A stretch of DNA of 64,000 nt from Alphaproteobacteria bacterium (GTDB lineage Bacteria; Pseudomonadota; Alphaproteobacteria; CAAHEQ01; UBA3637): the NCBI GenBank assembly GCA_045660045.1, contig JAZRDB010000007.1, positions 5,180-69,179 of the forward strand. The letters run 5' to 3'. A program made the position numbers and the translations under genes. Position 1 is the stretch's first letter. Each line of letters starts with the position of its first letter. Positions 45,930-54,787 of this stretch are shown here, piece after piece. The notes below the pieces were generated by a model, which saw nothing but the letters and a program-made list of their open reading frames with translations, had not been told where the DNA came from and did not search any database.

Positions 45930-46697
45930 ATGTCTATTCCAACAATTACTATGCGTCAGCTGATTGAAGCTGGTGTTCACTTTGGGCATAATGCCCGCAG
46001 ATGGAACCCAAAGATGGCTCCTTATATTTATGGTACACGTGAAGGTGTGCATATCATGGATTTGAACCAAACAGTGCCGATGCTCTATCGCGCCATGGAA
46101 GCAGTTCGTGATGTTGCCGCCAAAGGTGGTAAAATCTTGTTTGTTGGCACAAAGGCTCAGGCTCGTGAGTTGGTCGCGGATGCTGCGGGTCGTTGTGGTC
46201 AGTTCTATGTCAATCAACGTTGGTTGGGCGGTATGTTGACCAACTGGAAAACAATTTCTGCCAGCATTAAACGCTTGAAAGATATTGAATCTAAACAAGA
46301 AAAGGGTGCCTACGAAGGTTTAACAAAGAAAGAAAAGTTAAACATTGAACGCGAACGTGAAAAATTGATGGCCTCTTTTGGCGGTATCAAAGATATGAAC
46401 GGTCGTCCAGACATTGTGTTTGTGATTGATGTGCCACACGAAAGTTTGGCCGTTTCCGAAGCCAAGAAGTTGGGCATTCCTGTGGTTGCTATTTGCGATT
46501 CCAATGCTAACCCAGATGGTATTGCTTACCCAATTCCGGGTAACGATGATGCCGGCAAAGCAATTGCTTTGTACTGCAACTTGATGGCCGGTGCTGCTTT
46601 GGATGGTATCCAAGCTGAACTGAAAGCCGCTGGCGTTGATGTCGGTGCTGCCGAAGAAGTCAAAGAAGAGGTTGTTGAGGCAGAAGAGAAGGCATAA
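45930..46697 (+). CDS. rpsB: 30S ribosomal protein S2
   Basis: Start refined to ATG 45930. The product begins [27 protein letters not shown]. Confidence 0.97.
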   Translation: MSIPTITMRQLIEAGVHFGHNARRWNPKMAPYIYGTREGVHIMDLNQTVPMLYRAMEAVRDVAAKGGKILFVGTKAQARELVADAAGRCGQFYVNQRWLGGMLTNWKTISASIKRLKDIESKQEKGAYEGLTKKEKLNIEREREKLMASFGGIKDMNGRPDIVFVIDVPHESLAVSEAKKLGIPVVAICDSNANPDGIAYPIPGNDDAGKAIALYCNLMAGAALDGIQAELKAAGVDVGAAEEVKEEVVEAEEKA

Positions 46698-46698
46698 T

Positions 46699-47277
46699 AT
46701 GCTTGATGAGTCTGTAAAAAGAATTTTGGATTCTCCCGTGAATTTGCTTCGTCCCTCAAGCGAAACAGAAAGGCAATTACTTTTTCCAAAGAACTGCAAG
46801 GGTGTTTTTTATACCATAGGATTGCAATCTGGACAAAGTTTTGTGGCACAGTTTCCGGGACACAATGAACAGGATGATCCATTTTCTTTGGACAACTTTG
46901 CTTTTTTGTTGCGCCCGTTGAAAAATTTAGTGCCGCAATTAGAGGAAGTTAAGTGGTTATTTACGGGTAGCATTGCTGGGTCTGGAACACGGACGATTTG
47001 TGAGTTGACTCCTGAAACAACAAAGCAAGAAAGAGTGGTTTTGGAGAATATATTTGCATCACATGAGGTGCAATCGAATTATTCCGGCAGACGATCTTAT
47101 AGTCATCATGAAATGTTTGTTAAGTTGCACGATGTATATAATCAATTGATGGAAAACGATCGCTTGAAACATGCATTGATGGTGGGACAACAAAGACTTC
47201 ATGATTTAATGATAGAAAAAAAAGATAATAATCCAGCAAATCCAGTGATCCGACGCACAGAGAACGAAAGGGGCTAA
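46699..47277 (+). CDS. Hypothetical protein, paralog 1 (192 aa), inside the rpsB-tsf operon
   Basis: The ATG lies 1 nt after the rpsB stop. The N-terminus MLDESVKRILDSPVNLLRPSSETERQL...GVFYTIGLQSGQSFV parallels the next gene. Confidence 0.7.
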   Translation: MLDESVKRILDSPVNLLRPSSETERQLLFPKNCKGVFYTIGLQSGQSFVAQFPGHNEQDDPFSLDNFAFLLRPLKNLVPQLEEVKWLFTGSIAGSGTRTICELTPETTKQERVVLENIFASHEVQSNYSGRRSYSHHEMFVKLHDVYNQLMENDRLKHALMVGQQRLHDLMIEKKDNNPANPVIRRTENERG

Positions 47278-47283
47278 GCAAAA

Positions 47284-47910
47284 ATGGCAGAACAATCTGT
47301 AAAACAAATTTTAACAGCTCCCATTGTTTTTCTTCGCCCTTCAAACGAAGAAGAGAGAAGGCTTTATTGTGATCAGCCGAATGGTGGATGGTTTTATACG
47401 TTTGGTTTAAAATCTGGTATCAATTATGTAACGCGCATTGATAAAAAAAGAGATGTGTTTACATTTCGTCCTTTAGATAGAACTATCACGACTCCGTTGG
47501 TGCAATTTCAGTGGAAGTCTACACGTACAGAATTTCCTGCGCTTTTCCCTGAGTTTGATGTTGTTTGTCAAACAGCTCCCGGAACATCGCAAAAAGAGAC
47601 AGAATGGTTTGAAAAAATTTTGGGACCGTCAGCGGAAGAATTAAAAGTTAAAGCAGCATTTGGTCTTTTGCAAACAACGTGCTATCGTTTTCATTACCCA
47701 GAAGTATTGACGAAAGTGGTGGCCATAAAGAAACAAATAAAAGAAAATGAATACTGGCAACGACAAGCATTGAAACAGGAAAAAGAGATAAAAAGAATAT
47801 TGCTAAAGGGGCACGCAAAATTACAAGAATTGATGATCCCGAATAACTCTACACAAAACAAAATCGTTCAACAAAAAACAATACAAGAAAGGAGAAAACA
47901 AAATGGCTGA
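47284..47910 (+). CDS. Hypothetical protein, paralog 2 (208 aa), inside the rpsB-tsf operon
   Basis: The N-terminus reads MAEQSVKQILTAPIVFLRPSNEEERRL...GWFYTFGLKSGINYV. The stop overlaps the tsf start by 8 nt. Confidence 0.7.
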   Translation: MAEQSVKQILTAPIVFLRPSNEEERRLYCDQPNGGWFYTFGLKSGINYVTRIDKKRDVFTFRPLDRTITTPLVQFQWKSTRTEFPALFPEFDVVCQTAPGTSQKETEWFEKILGPSAEELKVKAAFGLLQTTCYRFHYPEVLTKVVAIKKQIKENEYWQRQALKQEKEIKRILLKGHAKLQELMIPNNSTQNKIVQQKTIQERRKQNG

Positions 47911-48787
47911 AATTACAGCAAAATTAGTTGGCGAACTGCGTGAAAAAACAGGCGCCGGAATGATGGAATGCAAAAAAGCATTGGTGGAAACAAATGGTGA
48001 TTTGGAAGCTGCTATCGACTTTTTGCGTAAAAAGGGTATGTCCGTGGCCGAAAAGAAAGCCGGTCGTGTGGCGAACCAAGGTGCTGTCGGTGTAAAGGTT
48101 GCTGGTAACAAAGGTGCTATGGTGGAAGTCAATATTGAAACAGACTTCGCTGCAAAGAACGCCGATTTCCAAAAGTTTGTACAAGATGTGACCGAGGTGG
48201 CTTTGAATGGCTCCAATGACGTGGAAGCATTAAAAGCAACAGCGATGAATGGTTCCACTGTTCAAGAAAACGTAGTCGCTTTGATTGCCAAAATTGGCGA
48301 AAACATGAGCTTGCGTCGTGTCGCCGTTGTGGAAGGAGAAACAGTTGTCCCTTACTTGCATACAACATTAGGCGATGATTTATGCAAAATTGGTGTGTTG
48401 GTTGGCGCAAGTGGTGCAAACGCCGCCGAAGTTGCTAAACAAGTGGCTATGCACATTGCCGCAACAGCTCCAAAATTCTTGAGCGTAGCGGATGTGGATG
48501 CTGAAACAGCGGCCCATGAACGCGGTATCTATGCCGAACAAGCCAAAGCCAGTGGCAAACCAGAAGCCATTATTGAAAAAATGGTGGAAGGCCGTATGCA
48601 AAAGTTCTATCAAGAAGCAGTGTTGTTGGAACAACCCTTTGTGATGGATCCAGACAAGAAGGTCAAAGACGTGTTGGCTGCGGCCGGCGTGACTGTGACA
48701 TCTTTTGCTCGTTTTGCTTTGGGCGAAGGCATTGAAAAGAAGCAAGAAGATTTTGCCGCCGAAGTGGCTGCGCAAATGAATGGTTAA
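47903..48787 (+). CDS. tsf: Elongation factor Ts
   Basis: 294 aa beginning MAEITAKLVGELREKTGAGMMECKKAL. Confidence 0.97.
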   Translation: MAEITAKLVGELREKTGAGMMECKKALVETNGDLEAAIDFLRKKGMSVAEKKAGRVANQGAVGVKVAGNKGAMVEVNIETDFAAKNADFQKFVQDVTEVALNGSNDVEALKATAMNGSTVQENVVALIAKIGENMSLRRVAVVEGETVVPYLHTTLGDDLCKIGVLVGASGANAAEVAKQVAMHIAATAPKFLSVADVDAETAAHERGIYAEQAKASGKPEAIIEKMVEGRMQKFYQEAVLLEQPFVMDPDKKVKDVLAAAGVTVTSFARFALGEGIEKKQEDFAAEVAAQMNG

Positions 48788-48807
48788 TTAAACGGAAAGG
48801 GGATCAC

Positions 48808-49362
48808 ATGAGTTGGGAACAAATTAAAACCGATATGCAAAACAATATGACAAAGGCCGAGGAAGCTTTGAAAAAAGAATTTGCTGGCCTGCGTACAGGA
48901 CGTGCTAGCACCGCCTTGTTAGATGGCATTATGGTGGAAGCCTATGGCTCGGTGGTCCCCTTGAACCAAGTGGGAAATGTCAGTGTGCCAGATGCGCGTA
49001 CCCTGTCCATTTCCGTTTGGGATAAAAGTTTAATTAAAGCCGTGGAAAAAGCAATTACTGAGGCCAATTTGGGTTTGAATCCCATGAATGATGGCCAATT
49101 GATTCGCTTGCCAATTCCACCACTTTCCGAAGAACGCCGTATGGAAATTGTGAAGATTGCGGGACGCTACACTGAAGAAGTGCGTGTTTCCGTCCGCAAC
49201 TATCGCCGCGAAGCCTTGGATGCTTTGAAAGCAATTAAAGATGGCGTGTCTGAGGACGATTACAAACGTTATGAAAAAGAAATCCAAGATTTGACAGACA
49301 AGACAATTGCCAAATTGGATGAAAATTTGAAAAACAAAGAAACAGAAATCAAGCAGGTCTAA
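48808..49362 (+). CDS. frr: Ribosome recycling factor
   Basis: 184 aa containing LRTGRAS..LLD and IRLPIPPLSEERR. Confidence 0.95.
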   Translation: MSWEQIKTDMQNNMTKAEEALKKEFAGLRTGRASTALLDGIMVEAYGSVVPLNQVGNVSVPDARTLSISVWDKSLIKAVEKAITEANLGLNPMNDGQLIRLPIPPLSEERRMEIVKIAGRYTEEVRVSVRNYRREALDALKAIKDGVSEDDYKRYEKEIQDLTDKTIAKLDENLKNKETEIKQV

Positions 49363-50081
49363 TGACAACGAAGCCCGAAAACGATAAATTACCAAAACAT
49401 ATTGCTATCATCATGGATGGCAATGGGCGTTGGGCCACCGAAAAAGGGTTGCCACGTACCGAGGGGCATAAGGCCGGCGCCGAAAACGTGCGCGTGATTT
49501 TGGATCATGCTCGGGCACGTGGTATTAAATATGTGACGCTGTATGCATTTTCTTCTGAAAACTGGAAACGGCCAAAAGAAGAAGTCAAAGTTTTGATGGA
49601 TTTGTTTCGTAAATATATGAAAGAAGACGTGGCTGAACTTCAAAAGAAAAAAGTCCGCGTGTCGTTTATTGGTGATCGGGCGCGCTTTCCTGAGGATATG
49701 CAAGAACGCATGAACGAAGTGGAACGCGAAACGGCTGAATACAATGATTTCCATGTGATTTTGGCGCTTTCTTATGGGGCGCGGGATGATATGATTGCCG
49801 CCATTAAACGTATTGCTATGGATGTCATGGATCGGCAATGTATGATTTCCAATATTGACGAAGAAGTGGTGAATAATGCCCTTTCAACACATGGGATTCC
49901 GTATCCGGATTTGGTGATTCGCACAAGCGGTGAGCAACGGATCAGCAATTTCTTGTTGTGGGAAATTGCCTATGCCGAACTTTACTTTACACCAATTTAT
50001 TGGCCTGATTTTAACGAGCAAGATTTAGATATTGCGATTGAGGCCTATGGTCGCCGTGAACGCCGTTTCGGCAAGGTTTAA
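49362..50081 (+). CDS. uppS: Undecaprenyl diphosphate synthase
   Basis: 239 aa containing HIAIIMDGNGRWA, AFSSENW.RP and RTSGEQRISNFLLW. Confidence 0.95.
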   Translation: MTTKPENDKLPKHIAIIMDGNGRWATEKGLPRTEGHKAGAENVRVILDHARARGIKYVTLYAFSSENWKRPKEEVKVLMDLFRKYMKEDVAELQKKKVRVSFIGDRARFPEDMQERMNEVERETAEYNDFHVILALSYGARDDMIAAIKRIAMDVMDRQCMISNIDEEVVNNALSTHGIPYPDLVIRTSGEQRISNFLLWEIAYAELYFTPIYWPDFNEQDLDIAIEAYGRRERRFGKV

Positions 50082-50106
50082 TTTATCGTTTATTTGTGCC
50101 AGATTA

Positions 50107-52300
50107 TTAGTATGGACATTGGCTTATAGATGCCCATTTAAAGCATTCGCCACTGCTGTTTGCACTAGACCAACCATTTTTGCCGCAGGTTCCATTGTGT
50201 TGATTGTTATCTGTTCTGCATTGGTTTCCATCCGCTTTCCAGTTGCTATTATACTTTGCCCGGCATGCAGCATTTAAGGTCATACAGCCTCCGCTTCCAT
50301 CTGAGCAATAGGTACAACCGCAGGTTTGATTGACACAGACTTCGCAAGTTCCACTGCTGTTACATGTATATGCTGTACTACATCCATTTCTCGTGTTGGG
50401 TTCGCAGGCATAACATGATGTGGCACTTGCAACACCATAAGTACAATATTGGCAAGCACCATTAATAAGTGCGTAGTTGGCCTGACATGAACATAATAGC
50501 GTGTTGTCATTATGAGTGGCATTTGTATAACAGTCGCAGTCGGTATGATTACTGTTTGCTGTTCCGGCACCACAATTAACACAAGAACTACCAGCTTTGC
50601 TTATTGTATTGTTTTGACAAGGAGAACAAGTCGTGCCAACCAATTCATATCCCGCTGGACATACACAGACACTGTCTTGTAATTCGAAATTATCTGGAAC
50701 TGGAGCCTTACCAACAACGACACCACGCACAAGAATAGTCTGAATTTCCCCAAAAGAATGCCTCTCCATCGGATTGACGGCGAGGTGGTACACCATTGAC
50801 ACATAATCCAGAAACAGTTGTTCCAGGATTTTTGCCAGCCAAGTGAGTGCAATATCCTTGATAGCAACGGTATTCGCCAGCACCGTGTACGCAGCCATCG
50901 CCATTAGTTCCTTTAGAAAAGCAAGAATGAAATGGCGAGCAACAGTGACCGGAACAACTTGTGTCATCTGATTTGTTCCAACACCACTCTTTACAAGTGT
51001 GCGTTGTCGTGTCACAAACTGTGCGTCCATCCGTTTTGTTGGCACAATTAGCATTGGAAAGACATTCAACGCAGGTGGTTTTAAAGATTTGAGGATATCC
51101 ATTATTGCAAACACAACTGCCATTCGTGAGAGGGCTAGCATTTGTGTAGCAGGTACAAGCTGTTTGTGTCCCGTTCGGCGTGCCAGCCCCACAAGAAATC
51201 GAGATGTTGTTTGGACAGATGGTGCCGGCTGGACACGATGTTTGTTCCGATGATCCTTCTGGACAATATTTTCCGGGATCACACGCTGTTGGCTCAATGG
51301 ATCCTTCTGGGCAATAAGATCCCTGTGGACAATTTTCGGGGATAGTCGTGTTGTCTTCGTCACAGAAGCTTCCGGCGGGGCAGGGTGTACAAGTTTTGTT
51401 AACTGGATCTAATACATAGCCAGCTGGGCAATAACATCCCGATTCGTCTGACGTCTTTAAAAAAGGAGCCGTGCAGTTGAAAGTATCGCCAGATCCCCCT
51501 GGACAAGTGGCATATTCTGGACATTCAATGCAAACGCCATCGACCAGATAATATCCGGATTGGCACTTGGTGCAAACATCCTCGGCTTGGTCACATTCGG
51601 AACATGACTCGGGACAACAATTTCCCTTTTTACATCCACCTTTTGTGACGCATTCGCCTTGGAAGCAAACTTGATCGTCAGTACAATCACACGACGGCGG
51701 ATCAACACAGATACCGTTTTGACAAGAACGTGAGGCAGGACAATCGGAATTGCTTGAGCAGGTCTTTGGAATATAACTGCCTTTTGCCCCTGTGTTTTTT
51801 GAAAAAGTAACTTGAATAGTGTTGGTGCTATCACATTCTGGTGCCCCGACAATTTGGCCTTTTGTGTTTTGTTCCGTTGATATTTTATAGGTTGTATTAT
51901 TAACCTTAATTCGATCAGCCCCAGCCCAAGATTGTCTTAACAATCTTTTGCAGGTTGGTTCATTAATGTCCCCTACAAAATAAGAATAATAATAACCATC
52001 AGCTTCTTCTGAAGCGGTTATTTCTTTGCCATTTCTTGTGGCCGTCACAAATTGACCTTCTACATTTTTTTTGGCGTTCTTATCAAATAAATCGGTTGCA
52101 AATAATTTTTTTTGACCTGGTTTGCCCTCCTGATTTAATTTGCCTCTGGCCATCAAATCGTCGTGAATAATTGCGGCATCGTGGGAAGCCATAGCCCATT
52201 GGTAAATTTTAAGACCACCTAATGATATTAGCGTCATAAGCGCAAAAATGGCAATCATTTCCAACAAACTGCGCCCAGATTCATTTAAAGATTTTTGCAT
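50107..52300 (-). pseudogene. Second cysteine-rich modular prepilin-like gene, split by a 1-nt frameshift (about 730 aa if repaired)
   Basis: True start ATG 52300 (AGGGAGA SD), with leader MQKSLNESG/RSLLEMIAIFALMTLISLGG. The Cys-rich frame of track ORF 50708-52444 continues in the frame of ORF 50107-51363. Deleting one base in the TTTTGGGG tract (50748-50755) joins ...DGEAFF to GEIQTILVRGVVVGK... Contains repeats of the type CPAGSFC, CPQGSYCPEGS and CDPGKYCPEGS. Confidence 0.7.
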
Positions 52301-52322
52301 GATTTTTCTCCCTGTTAATTTC

Positions 52323-52351
52323 AGATTAATCAATTTTGTACGAGAAATCAA
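52323..52351 (-). promoter_or_regulatory. Candidate promoter of the second prepilin-like gene
   Basis: Minus strand: TTGATT (52351-52346), 17-nt spacer, TAATCT (52328-52323). Confidence 0.4.
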
Positions 52352-52361
52352 GAAAAAGTTG

Positions 52362-52390
52362 TTGACAAGACGGAATTTTTTCGCTATAAT
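52362..52390 (+). promoter_or_regulatory. Perfect sigma70 consensus promoter of rimP-nusA-infB
   Basis: TTGACA (52362-52367), 17-nt spacer, TATAAT (52385-52390). Confidence 0.7.
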
Positions 52391-52466
52391 AGGCACATAC
52401 TTCCTGAATAAATGAAATCGGGTGGGGCTCCAAAAGAGCTCCACTTAAATTTTAAAAGGAGAAAAA

Positions 52467-52952
52467 ATGGAGTTAATTGAAACAATTACAAAGGCTGTTG
52501 AACCTGCGTTGACCGATATGGGATACGAATTGGTACGTGTGGCGATTAATGGGGCGGAAATGAAAACCGTTCAAATTATGGCCGAACGTGTTGATCGCCA
52601 AGATATGACCGTCGACGATTGTGAGAAAATCAGCCATACGGCGAGTGCCTTATTGGACGTTGCCGATCCATTTAATGGTCGGTGGGTGTTGGAGGTTTCT
52701 TCCCCGGGTATTGATCGCCCATTGGTGAAATTGGCCGACTATGAACGCTTTAGGGGCGAAGAAGCCAAAGTCGAGTTGGTAACCGACATTGATGGCCGTA
52801 AACGCTTTAAAGGCATTCTTAAGGATGTGCAAGGTTCCACAATTACAATGGATTTTGAAGGATCGGATATTTCTTTTGACTTTGCCGATGTGGCCAAAGC
52901 AAAGCTGACTTTTAAAGATGAAACATTAGATAACAAGAAAGGAAAAAAATAA
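52467..52952 (+). CDS. rimP: Ribosome maturation factor RimP
   Basis: 161 aa containing LEVSSPGIDRPL, directly upstream of nusA. Confidence 0.9.
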   Translation: MELIETITKAVEPALTDMGYELVRVAINGAEMKTVQIMAERVDRQDMTVDDCEKISHTASALLDVADPFNGRWVLEVSSPGIDRPLVKLADYERFRGEEAKVELVTDIDGRKRFKGILKDVQGSTITMDFEGSDISFDFADVAKAKLTFKDETLDNKKGKK

Positions 52953-52953
52953 A

Positions 52954-54471
52954 ATGCAAAACGCAACATTACCAAGACCAGAACTGATTCAAATGGCTGA
53001 TGTGTTGGCCCATGAAAAAGGAATTGAAAAAGAAGCCGTCTTACATGCTATGGAGGAAGGTATTTCCAAGGCAGGGCGCTCTAAATATGGCCCCGAATAT
53101 GATATTCGTACCACGATTGATCCGAACAACGGATCGATCAGTATGGCTCGTTATGTGACTGTGGTGGAAGAAGTGATGGATGAATTCCGCGAAATCAGTT
53201 TGGCCGAAGCTCGCAAAGACAATAAGTTTGCCAAAGTGGGGGACGAAATTGTGGATGAATTGCCCCCAATGGACTTTGGTCGTATTGCGGCCCAAACAGC
53301 CAAACAAGTGATTACACAAAAGGTGCGTGAAGCCGAACGTAGCCAACAATTTGAAGAAATGAAGGACAAAAAAGGCGAAATCGTTCATGGTGTTGTGAAA
53401 CGTGTCGAAGCCGGCAACGTTATTGTTGAATTGGGGCGTGCCGAAGCATTATTGCGCCGTGATGAAATGATTCCCAGAGAGATGTATCGTCCGGGCGATC
53501 GCATTCGTGCTTTGGTGTTGGATGTTAGAAACGAAGTGCGTGGCCCGCAGATTTTCTTGACCCGTTCTCATCCAAATTTCTTGGCGGCTTTGTTTAAAGC
53601 TGAAGTGCCTGAAATTTATGATGGTATTATTGATATCAAAGCGGTGGCACGTGATCCAGGATCTCGGGCAAAGATTGCTGTTTATTCCAACGATTCCACA
53701 TTGGATGCCCGTGGTGCCTGTATCGGTATGCGCGGTATTCGTGTGCAAGCCGTTGTCAATGAATTACAAGGTGAAAAAATTGATGTGGTGACATGGTCCA
53801 ATGACCCAGCCACATTCATTATCAATGCTTTGGCTCCAAACGAAGTGTTGAAGATTGTTATTGATGAAGAAGCCAAAAATGTGGAAGTGGTGTTACCAGA
53901 AGAACAACTTTCTTTGGCAATTGGTCGTCGTGGACAAAATATTCGTCTTGTCAGCCAATTGACAGGATGGCATATTGACATGATGACAGAAGCTCAAGAA
54001 TCTGAACATCGTCAAGCCGAAACAAAAGGTCGCGTGGATTTGTTCATGTCTGCTTTGGATGTGGATGATATGATGGCTCACTTATTGGTGCAAGAAGGCT
54101 TTGCCAAAGTGGAAGACATTGCTTACATTGGCTTGGATGAATTAGCCAGCATTGAAGGTTTTGATGCCGATTTGGCAACAGAATTGCAAAATCGTGCCAA
54201 AGCTTATTTGGTGGCAAAAGAAGCTGAGGTTTCTCAAAAATTAAAAGAATTGAGGCTGGCCGAAGATTTGACCAAGTTTGAAGGTTTGACCTCTGAAATG
54301 TTGGTAAAATTAGGTGAAGCTGGTGTAAAGACATTGGATGATTTGGCCGATTTGGCGGGCGACGAGTTGCGCGAAATTGTTGGAGATGAATTGTCCGAAG
54401 AAAACGCTAACGCCTTAATTATGAAAGCACGGGAGCATTGGTTTAGTGAAGAAACACAATCACAAAAATAA
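52954..54471 (+). CDS. nusA: Transcription termination/antitermination factor NusA
   Basis: 505 aa with S1 and KH domains plus C-terminal duplicated acidic HhH repeats. Confidence 0.95.
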   Translation: MQNATLPRPELIQMADVLAHEKGIEKEAVLHAMEEGISKAGRSKYGPEYDIRTTIDPNNGSISMARYVTVVEEVMDEFREISLAEARKDNKFAKVGDEIVDELPPMDFGRIAAQTAKQVITQKVREAERSQQFEEMKDKKGEIVHGVVKRVEAGNVIVELGRAEALLRRDEMIPREMYRPGDRIRALVLDVRNEVRGPQIFLTRSHPNFLAALFKAEVPEIYDGIIDIKAVARDPGSRAKIAVYSNDSTLDARGACIGMRGIRVQAVVNELQGEKIDVVTWSNDPATFIINALAPNEVLKIVIDEEAKNVEVVLPEEQLSLAIGRRGQNIRLVSQLTGWHIDMMTEAQESEHRQAETKGRVDLFMSALDVDDMMAHLLVQEGFAKVEDIAYIGLDELASIEGFDADLATELQNRAKAYLVAKEAEVSQKLKELRLAEDLTKFEGLTSEMLVKLGEAGVKTLDDLADLAGDELREIVGDELSEENANALIMKAREHWFSEETQSQK

Positions 54472-54493
54472 TAATCCCAAAACAGAGGTTGGT

Positions 54494-54787
54494 ATGAAGA
54501 CCTGTTTTGTGTGTAAGACGATTGCTCCGCGCGCCCAGATGTTGCGTTTTGTTGGGGGCGTAGGGCAGGTTGTCCAATTTGATGCACAAGAAAGGTTGCC
54601 CGGTCGCGGTATGTGGTTGCATGCGGATAAAGAATGTTTGCAAAAAGCCATTGATAAACGGTTGTTTTATAAAGCCGCCAAGGGAACCGTGACCATCCCT
54701 GAGGATTTAATGCAAGTGGTTGAACAAAAACTTCAAAACTATCCACAGAAACAGAAACTCTTTTTAAAAGGAGCAATTCATGAGTGA
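54494..54787 (+). CDS. YlxR/DUF448-family RNA-binding protein
   Basis: Start refined to ATG 54494. The product begins [19 protein letters not shown]...LPGRGMWLH. Its position between nusA and infB is the usual one. Confidence 0.8.
   Translation: MKTCFVCKTIAPRAQMLRFVGGVGQVVQFDAQERLPGRGMWLHADKECLQKAIDKRLFYKAAKGTVTIPEDLMQVVEQKLQNYPQKQKLFLKGAIHE

Noticed and set aside
50760-51363. N-terminal ~200 aa of track ORF 50107-51363 as an independent protein start.
   Set aside because: This part is Cys-free and non-protein-like, and it completely overlaps the Cys-rich frame of the upstream ORF. Only the segment downstream of about 50750 looks coding, which fits a frameshift junction rather than a separate gene.
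52301-52444. 48-codon N-terminal extension of the 578-aa track ORF.
   Set aside because: The internal ATG at 52300 has a strong AGGGAGA SD and yields the same leader as the paralog at 4798. The extension overlaps the rimP promoter and leader.
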